A stretch of 36,715 nucleotides of DNA, from positions 1-36,715 of IMG/VR virus record IMGVR_UViG_3300006123_000028. One strand, 5' to 3'. Made by a program: the position numbers and the translations under genes. The notes under the pieces were generated by a model. The model did not search any database. It was given only the letters and a program-made list of their open reading frames with translations, and was not told the origin of the DNA. Shown one piece after another: positions 1 to 8,073 of the stretch (positions are counted from its first letter, which is position 1; each line of letters begins with the position of its first letter). This DNA comes from a virus. Lineage: Duplodnaviria; Caudoviricetes.

Positions 1-2234
1 CCGGCCACGAAGCCGCCGGCTGCGTCTCCTCCGAGCTGCGTGGCTGCTTCGTAAATCAGGCGGAGCTGCTCGGTGAGCCCTGCCGGATCAATCCGAACGT
101 GGCCCATGCTGGCCTGCACGGTGGCGAGGATTAATTCTTGGCTCGCTTGATTGGGCGTGTTTCGGAGCGCTTGGTCAATTGCGAGCTCGTAGCCGGTGAC
201 GCTTGCTTTGATTGCGGCGTTGATGGCCGGGCCGTGCTTGTCTCCCAGCCGTTTAATGGCGGGGTAGTTGGGCATGTCCTCTTTGGCGCCCTTAGTAGTT
301 GAACGGGCTTTTGGGTTATCGGTTATCTGCGCTTTCAAGACTTCAGCCTCTTCGAGCGTGTGGTGTTTGAACTCGAACTTCCGAGAGCGGGGCTTGCTGG
401 CAAACTTGGCAAACGCCTTAGCCTCCTGCGCCTTTAGGTCAGCTTGCGCCGAGCTGCTCGAACTTTCGCTTTCTTGACCCGTGTCTTTTTTGCTTTCGCC
501 AGCCGGAGCTTGGACTGCCTCGCTGCTTGGTTGCTCACTTGGGGTCTCCTTCTGCCCGGTTGTCTCGCCGGTTGCGTTGGTCTCGAGCAGTCCCTTAAGA
601 AACTGGATCTGGCTCCCGGCCACAATGAAGGGCTCGTCTGCCTCGGGCATCTCGTAGAGCGCTTGCCCGAGTTCGCCCTGTACGTCGTTGAGGGTCTTTT
701 GGCCGGAGAACAGGCTGATCTGTAGTGCCTGCGCCTTGTCTTTCATGGTCTCGGCGTTGGCGCGGTCCTGAAGCACGAACGTGACGTTCAGGTCGGCGTC
801 GAGGTAACGGCGGCAGAGGCTGTTGATCACGTCGGTGATGTAATTCTCCATCGGGCGAGTGGAGACGGTTTCGCTCGACTCCTGCTCGCCCTCCATGTGG
901 CCCTTGCCTCCTCCGAGGCCGGCGCGTGCCACCACTCCGAGCGCGCTTGGGGCAACGCCGAAGCACGCCGCGATGCGCTTGATGATGTACTCGTCGTAGT
1001 CCGATTTGTAGCGCTCCGACTCGCTGGGCATGGCGATTGGATCAAAGCCATCGGGGAGCACCTTGATACGGTGGCGCTCGGCTGTGGATCCGGTGAGGCG
1101 GTCGTTCAGGATTCGCTCGTAGGCGCTCAGCTTCTCCAGCGTGAGCTCCATCGAGTTGGTCTTCATAAACGTGGTCGGCATGCTTCCGAACTGGTATTCA
1201 GCCCGCATCCATGCTTGGCGGTCGAGGTAAAGCGTGGCGGCTGGGATTGCCTCCTCCACCGGGCTGAAGCCATACGCGCTCCAGCTGCGGCGGTTCTTAA
1301 TGAAAACCGAGAGTTGGTCGGTCTTGTATTCGCCGTATTTGCCGGGCGTGTTGTAGAAGTCGCCATCGCTGTCTGGGCTGGCGGTGAATTCTCCGCGAAC
1401 GAAACCCCAGAGGATTTGCTGGTAAGCCGGTGATGGCGGGTGTGGCACGTCGCCGCGGTTGTCCAGCAGTATCTTGATTGTCGGCGCGTCGATGATGTCC
1501 ATGCCGATAATTGCGCCGCCCAAGTTGTAGCGCGGGTAAACGCAGAGCTGGTCAAAGACCATGATTTGCCACATGGCTTCCGTTAGCCACTCGCTCCAGC
1601 TGCGGTCGCTCTGGACGTACGGGTTCTTCCAGAACGAGGTGAGGCGGTTGATCTCGTCGCCGTAGCGCTCTCGGCCAATTCGTGACGCTTTGGCGTGGCT
1701 GCAGTTCTCGTCCTGCATGATCTGGGCGATGGCGTTCTCGCTCAAGTCGAACGACCAGTCCTGCTTGACGAGGTCGCCCACTCGGATTTCGATTGCGCGG
1801 TGGATCACGTCGCATTGCTCTGCCAAGTTTCGCAAGACCGCGAAGGGAACTTCCGACTGGGTCAGGTTTAGGTTCTGAGCAACCTGATATTCATATTTTC
1901 TGGGAAGCGCGCGGCCCGAGTCGTCCAGCACCACGTCAATGGGTGCGGGGAGCAACGGGGCGGCTGGTCCCAGCATGGCGCCGAAGCCCGAGCCGGTGAA
2001 GCCGGGCTGACCGGATTCGTAGCCGACGCCGGGGCGGTCCATTGGGATTGCTTGGCCGATGCCCGTGACGATGCCTTGTCCCGCAATCGTGCTGTAAGGC
2101 TCTGACGGCGTCGCTCGGTTGTAGTTGGACGTTCCCATTGGGGTTGCGGCGAGGCCGGCCTTGACCGCCTTTGCGACTGTCTCTGCGAGCTTCTGGTCTC
2201 GTGCCTTGCGGCTGAAGCGGTCCCGAATTGCCAT
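1..2234 (-). CDS. Portal protein with a long C-terminal extension (probable MuF/minor head region); truncated at the left edge
   Basis: Absent from the ORF track because it has no stop in the window. Hand translation from ATG 2234 (MAIRDRFSRK...) stays open to base 3. It lies directly after terL and has portal-like motifs (YGFSPVEEAI, IKVLPDGFD, IAACFGVAPSALG, KTLNDVQGELG), then an acidic linker, KAFAKF..RKFEFKH, and a further helical region. The MuF assignment is inferred from position. Confidence 0.85.
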   Translation of the reverse strand, partial: MAIRDRFSRKARDQKLAETVAKAVKAGLAATPMGTSNYNRATPSEPYSTIAGQGIVTGIGQAIPMDRPGVGYESGQPGFTGSGFGAMLGPAAPLLPAPIDVVLDDSGRALPRKYEYQVAQNLNLTQSEVPFAVLRNLAEQCDVIHRAIEIRVGDLVKQDWSFDLSENAIAQIMQDENCSHAKASRIGRERYGDEINRLTSFWKNPYVQSDRSWSEWLTEAMWQIMVFDQLCVYPRYNLGGAIIGMDIIDAPTIKILLDNRGDVPHPPSPAYQQILWGFVRGEFTASPDSDGDFYNTPGKYGEYKTDQLSVFIKNRRSWSAYGFSPVEEAIPAATLYLDRQAWMRAEYQFGSMPTTFMKTNSMELTLEKLSAYERILNDRLTGSTAERHRIKVLPDGFDPIAMPSESERYKSDYDEYIIKRIAACFGVAPSALGVVARAGLGGGKGHMEGEQESSETVSTRPMENYITDVINSLCRRYLDADLNVTFVLQDRANAETMKDKAQALQISLFSGQKTLNDVQGELGQALYEMPEADEPFIVAGSQIQFLKGLLETNATGETTGQKETPSEQPSSEAVQAPAGESKKDTGQESESSSSSAQADLKAQEAKAFAKFASKPRSRKFEFKHHTLEEAEVLKAQITDNPKARSTTKGAKEDMPNYPAIKRLGDKHGPAINAAIKASVTGYELAIDQALRNTPNQASQELILATVQASMGHVRIDPAGLTEQLRLIYEAATQLGGDAAGGFVA
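309..315 (-). other. Candidate -1 ribosomal frameshift heptamer C CCA AAA in the portal gene
   Basis: In-frame X XXY YYZ heptamer. Its context ACCCAAAAGCCC is identical to the tail chaperone slippery site. The -1 frame ends at TAA 292-294. Confidence 0.55.
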
Positions 2235-2241
2235 GTCGTCC

Positions 2242-3666
2242 TTATCGTGGGTAGATCTGCGTGAGGTCTGGTGTTTCGTTGCGTGCGCCGCAGTGCGGGC
2301 AGTTCGTGCTGCCTTGTGCGACCGGGAGGCCGCATGTGTCGCATGGGGGTGCGAGTTGTTGGAAGAAGCGGTCGGCGCTGCTTCCGGCTGCCAGCCCAAG
2401 CTCGGCGAGCCCGTGCACCAGTGCGTCGAGCCGGTCTGGGCTGGTGCCGCTGTCTGGGAGCCACGTGGTCATCTGGTCCTCGAGCTGCTCGAACATCCCG
2501 ACGTGCGAGACTCGTCCTTGCTCGTAGAGAGCCGCCTGTGGCTCCGCGCGCAGGCGCTTGCCGGTGCGGGCGCTCACGCCTTTGTAGGGCGCGCTTGGCA
2601 TCACGGATCGGATTGTCATCTCGACCATGTCGCCGCCTTGATTCTTCTCGGCCACGATGCGGTCGGCGTTAAAGTCCTCGAATGCCTGCACTGCCCGGTG
2701 CGCCCACCCGCTTGGGGTGTCGCGGCAGCTGCGGTCGCCCAGAACGTATCCGCGCCCATCGATGCCCTTGCCGACGATCACTATTCCAGTCTCGTCGCTT
2801 GTCTCGCCGCTTGTGACGGCGGGGTCAATGGCCACGACGATGCGCACCATCTCGGGCAGCTTGTCTGGGCTGATGCGGGTGCTCTCGATGTCGGTCGCTC
2901 GCCAAAGGGCGCCGGGTGTGTCCAGCAGCAGTTCGCCGTAGAGCTCCTGCCGGCCCAGACGGGTGCCTTCGTAGCGCTGGCGCAGTTCTTGGAGCGCTGC
3001 CGGTGAAAGGTTGCCGGCGTTGTCGAACGTCGAGCCTCGGGTGATTACGACCGAGCCGTCGTCTCGCGCCGTGAACTCCTTGATCAAGGGAACCGGGCGA
3101 GGCGTGGTGGTGATGACCACTTTCGGGTCGCCAATGCGGAGCGCGGGGCTGATGCCTCGGGTCCACATCTCGTCGTAGGGCCACGCGGCCAACTCGTCAG
3201 CCCAGCCGCCGCTGAGGTTCAATCCCAGCGCGCCGTCAGGCTTCTCCGCGCTCAGGCCGATAATCTTCGAGCCGTTGGTCAGCGTGAGGATCAGGTCGCT
3301 GCGGTTGTATCCCTGCCGCATGCCGGGGTCGAGCGCCTGCAGGATTCCGCTGGGGCCTTCGAAGCACACGCGCTTTAGAGCTCCGAAGGTTGGGGCGGCG
3401 ATAAACCACTCGGTTCCGTCGTTGATGAGCGCTTGCTCCAGTAGCCAGCGGCTGCCGGTCCACGTCTTGCCAAATCCGCGACCCGCCATGATGAGCCAGA
3501 TGCGCCAGTCCCCTTCTGGCGGCAACTGCTGGGCTCGGGCTTTGCGCCGGTACTCGCTGTCGCCGATCGCTTGCTTGGTGCGTGCGGAACTGGCGGCTCG
3601 GGCTTTGAGCTCGAGCGCTTCGAGCCGTTTAAGCTCGGTCAGCCTCTGTTGCTTCAGCGTGCTCAT
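2242..3666 (-). CDS. terL: Terminase large subunit with C-terminal zinc ribbon
   Basis: Walker A AGRGFGKT, Walker B WADELAAW, coupling motif TTTP, nuclease motifs AIDPA and DRLDALV; terminal CxxC...CxxC. Confidence 0.95.
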   Translation of the reverse strand: MSTLKQQRLTELKRLEALELKARAASSARTKQAIGDSEYRRKARAQQLPPEGDWRIWLIMAGRGFGKTWTGSRWLLEQALINDGTEWFIAAPTFGALKRVCFEGPSGILQALDPGMRQGYNRSDLILTLTNGSKIIGLSAEKPDGALGLNLSGGWADELAAWPYDEMWTRGISPALRIGDPKVVITTTPRPVPLIKEFTARDDGSVVITRGSTFDNAGNLSPAALQELRQRYEGTRLGRQELYGELLLDTPGALWRATDIESTRISPDKLPEMVRIVVAIDPAVTSGETSDETGIVIVGKGIDGRGYVLGDRSCRDTPSGWAHRAVQAFEDFNADRIVAEKNQGGDMVEMTIRSVMPSAPYKGVSARTGKRLRAEPQAALYEQGRVSHVGMFEQLEDQMTTWLPDSGTSPDRLDALVHGLAELGLAAGSSADRFFQQLAPPCDTCGLPVAQGSTNCPHCGARNETPDLTQIYPR

Positions 3667-4063
3667 CGTTCTCCCCTAGTGACGCTTCCAGACGTGCGAT
3701 CTCCGCTTGGATAAAGTCCAGCGTAATCACTTCGGTCTTCACCGGGGCGTCAAGTCCCAGCAGCTTGGCGCGTCGGTCCATGATGGCGAGGCATCGGTCA
3801 ATGGCCGGCAGCGAGTTCTGCGTGAATGCCTTGTGTGTCGCAATGGCCAGCAGTCCGTCGAGGCGCTCTCCTTCCAGCCGGCGGTACTCGTCGACCGCTT
3901 CCGCTGGGATTGCTGCGAGGGCTCTCTGGACGCGGGCGTAGGCCGTTGGCTTGGAGCAGTCCATCTGGTCTGCGATTTGCTGGTATGTGTAGCCGCGCGA
4001 CCGCAGGCGCAGTGCCTCGGTGTCAATGTGGGCTTGTTCTTCGGTTCGCTCGTATCGTGCCAT
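3629..4063 (-). CDS. terS: Terminase small subunit (HTH type)
   Basis: N-terminal HTH (LRSRGYTYQQIADQM), C-terminal RRAKLLGLDAP motif typical of actinophage TerS; overlaps the terL start. Confidence 0.8.
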   Translation of the reverse strand: MARYERTEEQAHIDTEALRLRSRGYTYQQIADQMDCSKPTAYARVQRALAAIPAEAVDEYRRLEGERLDGLLAIATHKAFTQNSLPAIDRCLAIMDRRAKLLGLDAPVKTEVITLDFIQAEIARLEASLGENDEHAEATEADRA

Positions 4064-4082
4064 TTGTTAGGAAGGTTAGGCG

Positions 4083-5357
4083 TTAGGGCTTAAAATCAAA
4101 TTCTTCGCCGGTGGATTCCAGCACGGGCTTGATGCCGGTGAGCTTCTGCCAGCGGGCGCAGATTACGTCGGCGTAGCGCGGATCAAGCTCGAGCCCGTAG
4201 GCGATTCGGTTGGCCTTGTGTGCCGCGATGATGGTCGACCCGGAGCCCATAAAGAAATCCAGCACGATCTCCTTTGGCCGGCTGCTCCACTCGATCATCT
4301 TCTCGACCAGTGCGATTGGCTTCATCGTTGGGTGCAGTTCCGACCGGCTGGGGCGGTCTTCTCGGATTACCGTTGAGCCCTCGTTGCTCATCTTGCGGAC
4401 CAATTCCACGAGCTGCTCGTGGTCGAGGCTGTCAAGGTCCATGTCGTCGTCGATAACCGTGGTGCGGGTGAAGTCGCCGCAGAAGTAGTGGCCTTCTCCC
4501 TCTTTCCAGCCGTAGAGGATTGGCTCGTGCTTCCAGTTGAAGTCTTGGCGGCCGAAGGTGGAATGGTTTTTCACCCAGATGATGACTTCGCTCATTTTGA
4601 AGCCGGCGTTTTGGAATTCAAGGCTAAAGTTCACGCGCTCGCTGTCTGCGTGGCTGACGTAAATCACGGCGCCGGGCTTCATGGCTTCCATGTAGTTCTT
4701 GTAGACCTTGCGGAGGAATTCTACAAAGTCGCCATTTTCCATGTCGTCGTTCATAATCTCGCCGGCCACTCCGCTGATTGCGACGTTGTAGGGCGGATCG
4801 GTCCAGACGAGGTCGGCCTTCTTGCCGTCCATCAACCTCTGGACGTGCTCGCGGTCCGTGGCGTCTCCAACAAGCAGGCGGTGCGGGCCGAGCAGCCAGA
4901 TGTCGCCGAGCTCGCTGGTCGGTTCTTCTGGGACCGAGGGCAGTTCGTCAAGGTCGCCCTGCATTGGATCGACCGGCTCCACCGGGGCGTCAAATCCCAG
5001 CTCGGTAATGTCCCAGCCGTCAATTGCCAACTCCTCAAGCGTTGCCTTAAGGATTGCGTCGTCCCATGAGGCGAGGGCGCCGGTCTGGTTGTCGGCGAGG
5101 GCGTAGGCGCGCACCGTGGCTTCGTCCCACTCCTCGGGTGCTCGGGAGATGGTGATTTGCTTCCAGCCGAGCTGTTTGGCCGCTTCGAGCGTCCCGTTGC
5201 CGGCGATGACCACTCCGTCGAACGTCACGACGATTGGCTTGCGCTGGCCGAACTCGCGCAGGCTGTGTGCGATGGCGTCAAGGTTGCGCTTGTCATGCGT
5301 GCGTGCGTTGCGCGGGTCTGGTGTCAGATCTGCGATGTCGACTGTCTCGACGTTCAT
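4083..5357 (-). CDS. ParB-like N-terminal domain fused to an amino (N6-A/N4-C) DNA methyltransferase
   Basis: ParB/Srx motifs (PRNARTH, FGQRKPIVV, IAGNGTLEAA, ALADN); WTDPPYN, HPTMKP and DFFMGSGST. This gene commonly precedes terS. Confidence 0.9.
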   Translation of the reverse strand: MNVETVDIADLTPDPRNARTHDKRNLDAIAHSLREFGQRKPIVVTFDGVVIAGNGTLEAAKQLGWKQITISRAPEEWDEATVRAYALADNQTGALASWDDAILKATLEELAIDGWDITELGFDAPVEPVDPMQGDLDELPSVPEEPTSELGDIWLLGPHRLLVGDATDREHVQRLMDGKKADLVWTDPPYNVAISGVAGEIMNDDMENGDFVEFLRKVYKNYMEAMKPGAVIYVSHADSERVNFSLEFQNAGFKMSEVIIWVKNHSTFGRQDFNWKHEPILYGWKEGEGHYFCGDFTRTTVIDDDMDLDSLDHEQLVELVRKMSNEGSTVIREDRPSRSELHPTMKPIALVEKMIEWSSRPKEIVLDFFMGSGSTIIAAHKANRIAYGLELDPRYADVICARWQKLTGIKPVLESTGEEFDFKP

Positions 5358-5407
5358 GGTTCCCCTTGTCGCTTCGATTGGGTGCAGTGCGCCTAATCTA
5401 GGCTCTC

Positions 5408-5471
5408 ATTCTCCCATGAAATGGTGACTAACACAAACGCTAAGCAATTATTCGGTTTTAATGTGGTGACA
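5408..5471 (-). promoter_or_regulatory. Probable promoter region of the packaging/late operon with two GTCAC-N10-NNGAAT boxes
   Basis: AT-rich gap. Minus strand reads AGTCAC-N10-GAGAAT (5408-5429) and TGTCAC-N10-CCGAAT (5450-5471). Confidence 0.4.
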
Positions 5472-5946
5472 ATTCGATGGTATGAAACGGGCCGGCCACC
5501 GTGGTGGTGTGCTCGGCGGTGACCATTAGCGCGCGTCGAAGCGATGCCCGATCGAGCCGTGGAGCTGCGAAGCCCAGCGCGCCGAGGCACACGCTCGCGC
5601 CGGATCCGATGGCGCTGTAGGCGTATCCTTCCACGCTCAAAGCCTCCACGACGCCTTTGTCGGCGCTCACCTCGTAAATCCTTAAGCCCTCAACGATCAG
5701 AAGGTTCCAGTCGGTTTCTGCGGTCTCGCACTCCAATATCTGCCGCAGGGTGGGGTTGGCCAGCCTTCTGGTGTGCTCCATGAATTGCTGGCCGGCTCGC
5801 CATGACCCGGCGAAGCCCAGCAGCACGTTGCCGTAGCGCGCAATCTTGGGCGTGGCGCTCGGGGCGCATAAATCCCCGACGGCGGCGAGGCTGTCGCTTC
5901 CGATGGTTGCTCCTGTGGGCGTGCTGATTGCGGCGATGACGGTCAC
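5458..5946 (-). CDS. HslV/proteasome-beta-like Ntn-hydrolase protease
   Basis: Start re-called at GTG 5946 (GTGA overlap), which exposes an N-terminal Thr (MTVIAA...GSDS). Motifs PKI, LLGFAGS, AIGSGA..LGAL. Confidence 0.8.
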   Translation of the reverse strand: MTVIAAISTPTGATIGSDSLAAVGDLCAPSATPKIARYGNVLLGFAGSWRAGQQFMEHTRRLANPTLRQILECETAETDWNLLIVEGLRIYEVSADKGVVEALSVEGYAYSAIGSGASVCLGALGFAAPRLDRASLRRALMVTAEHTTTVAGPFHTIELSPH

Positions 5947-6071
5947 TTGACCTGCTCGAAGTCGCCGTCCCAGCCCTTGCCGCTCAGCCACGCGGCAAAG
6001 GCTGCTCCGAGCTCATCGTTTTTGATCTGGTGCTTCTCGACGAAAGCGTCGAAGTCGTTAAAGTCGCTCAC
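5943..6071 (-). CDS. Small hypothetical protein, 42 aa (MSDFNDFDAFVEKH...)
   Basis: Hand translated; fills the gap with GTGA overlaps at both ends and has an upstream GGGAG RBS. Confidence 0.7.
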   Translation of the reverse strand: MSDFNDFDAFVEKHQIKNDELGAAFAAWLSGKGWDGDFEQVK

Positions 6072-6247
6072 GCTTCTCTCCCTAATACTTCCCAAATCCG
6101 TGCCAGTTTGCTCTCGGGCGTTTCGTCGTAAGCGTGTATGACGGCCAGTATTTTGCTTCTTTCAATATTGCGCTCGGTGAGGTGCTTGATTACGTCGCAC
6201 TCAACTTTAGTTTTTAGGTCGTTAGGCTTTAGTTCTTCGGGGCTCAT
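6068..6247 (-). CDS. Hypothetical protein (MSPEELKP...)
   Basis: ATG 6247 follows a GGAG RBS; coupled to the next gene. Confidence 0.6.
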   Translation of the reverse strand: MSPEELKPNDLKTKVECDVIKHLTERNIERSKILAVIHAYDETPESKLARIWEVLGREA

Positions 6248-6288
6248 AGTTTCTCTCCGCAGGTGGGGCATTGGTTTCACTGGTGACA

Positions 6289-7443
6289 CTAGAGCAGGGT
6301 CTTGGGCTGGTTGTGCGCCCACTCGACCCGTGCCTCGATCATTGACCAGTAGTCCTCGGTCATCTCACAGCCCACCCAGTCAAAGCCTTCAAGGACACAG
6401 GCCACTGCCGTTGAGCCGGAGCCGAGAAACGGATCTAACACGGTTCCGCCTGGTGGTGTCACGAGCTTGACGAGGTAGCGCATCAGGGCAAGGGGCTTGA
6501 CGGTGGGGTGGAAGTTCTGGGCTGGTTTAGTATCCATTCCATTTTTGACTGAATGAGCATCAGTTCTTATGTTGAAAGCACCTACTGCCTTTTCTGGCAG
6601 CCCTTCCAGCCCTGCGTTGCGCTCGGACTTGCTTGCCTTAGCGCAGTAGAAGAAGCGCCCTGCGTCGTTCGGGAACCCTGCCAGCACTTCCTCGCTTCCG
6701 TCGTGGATGACGTTGGCAGGCCAGCGACCTTCGGGAGCGGGGCCAGTTTGTTGCGCTCTAACTACTTCGCCGGACGTTTTAGTGAACGCTGTCTCACTTG
6801 GGTCGCCTCCATAACTTCTGCTTGCAGGCCACGTTTCCACTGTCGTCCCAACCCGTGACCCGTCAATGTTCATCGCACCCGTTCCCCACTCCAGCACGTT
6901 CGAGGCCACCGTGCCGGTCAGGGGCTTGCGAGCGACACAGATAGGCTCGTGGGCTGGCTTTAGGGCTGTTCCCCAGCCTTGCCAGCGTTGCGCCTCAGGG
7001 GTGACTGGGATTTCTTTCTTGTCAATCAGGGGTTTCGGGCCACCTACGGCGTTTCCTTGTCCACTTGCTATCCCTGCTTTTGCTTGACCAGTCACTTCAC
7101 GCTCCGCACCGGCAGCCTTGTCTATGGCTTTGCTCACGTCCAGCGACTTCGGGAAGCCAGAGCCGTAGAGCCACATTATTTGGTCACGGATCTCGAAGCC
7201 AGCGTCCTCAATGGCCACGGTCATCCGGTGGTAGGTGCGAGAGCCGGAGAACGCCAGCAGGTGGCCGCCTGGCTTTAGCACTCGGAGACACTCGGCCCAC
7301 AGGTCTTGGTTGTAGGCAATGCCCGAGGCGTCCCACGTCTTGCCCATAAAGCCCAGTTCGTAGGGTGGGTCGGTGACGATTGAGTCCACGCTGTTGTCGG
7401 CCAGCGTCTTGAGCGTTTCGAGGCAGTTCCCTTTTAGTAGCAC
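6289..7443 (-). CDS. Solitary amino DNA methyltransferase (beta class)
   Basis: VTDPPY, GSGFPKS, GTALKPAHEPI, GRWPAN, HPTVKP, DPFLGSGST; codon usage differs from the neighbours. Confidence 0.92.
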   Translation of the reverse strand: MLLKGNCLETLKTLADNSVDSIVTDPPYELGFMGKTWDASGIAYNQDLWAECLRVLKPGGHLLAFSGSRTYHRMTVAIEDAGFEIRDQIMWLYGSGFPKSLDVSKAIDKAAGAEREVTGQAKAGIASGQGNAVGGPKPLIDKKEIPVTPEAQRWQGWGTALKPAHEPICVARKPLTGTVASNVLEWGTGAMNIDGSRVGTTVETWPASRSYGGDPSETAFTKTSGEVVRAQQTGPAPEGRWPANVIHDGSEEVLAGFPNDAGRFFYCAKASKSERNAGLEGLPEKAVGAFNIRTDAHSVKNGMDTKPAQNFHPTVKPLALMRYLVKLVTPPGGTVLDPFLGSGSTAVACVLEGFDWVGCEMTEDYWSMIEARVEWAHNQPKTLL

Positions 7444-7445
7444 GA

Positions 7446-7544
7446 TTACAACTCTATAACGTGGAACGGCCCAGCGACGGTGGTGGTGTGCTCGGCAGTC
7501 AGCAGTAGAGCGCAGCGTAGGGCTTGGCGTTCTTCGGGGGTCAT
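7446..7544 (-). pseudogene. 32-aa chimeric ORF carrying a diverged copy of the HslV-like gene C-terminus
   Basis: MTPEERQALRCALLLTAEHTTTVAGPFHVIEL*; the last 24 aa are 20/24 identical to the end of 5458..5946. Confidence 0.65.
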
Positions 7545-7551
7545 CGGCTGC

Positions 7552-8073
7552 TCACGGGAACTCGTTTTCGATTTCTTCGAGCTCGGCAATCCGGAACGCG
7601 AGGTCTGCCTCCCAGCCGTTGAGCGCTTTGGCCGTGTCGCATGGCCATTCCATGCCGCACTCCCACAGCGCGCACTGCTGCTTCTTTGGATCAGTCTCGC
7701 TCTCCGTTGGCTGGTGCCGGCTGCGCAGTTCGCTCCGGGTGGCCTCGTTGGTCATGCTGTGCGGTTCGTCGCGGTCTTCTCGGACGATCAGTGATTTGCG
7801 CGCTTGCTCGAGGCTGTCGTTAAAGCCGGCGGTGTCAACGTGGATTTGAACGTGCCGCAGCCGGGCTTCCAGCGTTGCCTTGATGTGTGCCTTGAGCGAC
7901 GCCACTTGCTCCTTGAGCTCGTACTTCTCGATTCGGCACCTTGCGAGCTCGCGCTTGCTCGATTTGATCAGCTCGTCTTGCATGTCCATAATCCGCTGCT
8001 GGGCGCAGGAAGCGCACGCGCTTGTCTGCGTGTATCCGTGCGGGCAGTCTGGGGTGTTCTTCATGTCGGTCAT
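7552..8073 (-). CDS. Hypothetical protein with Cys motifs and a coiled coil
   Basis: ATGA overlap with the exonuclease stop; CPH..CxxC at the N-terminus and C..C..WPCD at the C-terminus. Confidence 0.7.
   Translation of the reverse strand: MTDMKNTPDCPHGYTQTSACASCAQQRIMDMQDELIKSSKRELARCRIEKYELKEQVASLKAHIKATLEARLRHVQIHVDTAGFNDSLEQARKSLIVREDRDEPHSMTNEATRSELRSRHQPTESETDPKKQQCALWECGMEWPCDTAKALNGWEADLAFRIAELEEIENEFP

Noticed and set aside
434-2464. Short minus-strand ORFs listed across the portal region
   Set aside because: Alternative-frame artefacts; the real portal frame was omitted from the track because it has no stop inside the window.
6540-7130. Inteins or introns in the variable parts of the methyltransferase
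   Set aside because: No Cys/Ser...His-Asn splice motifs or homing nuclease; these segments fit the usual variable regions of this MTase family.
5467-7520. The two 75-nt similar segments as a DGR template/variable repeat pair
   Set aside because: Differences are mostly synonymous third positions rather than adenine-specific, and no reverse transcriptase is present.
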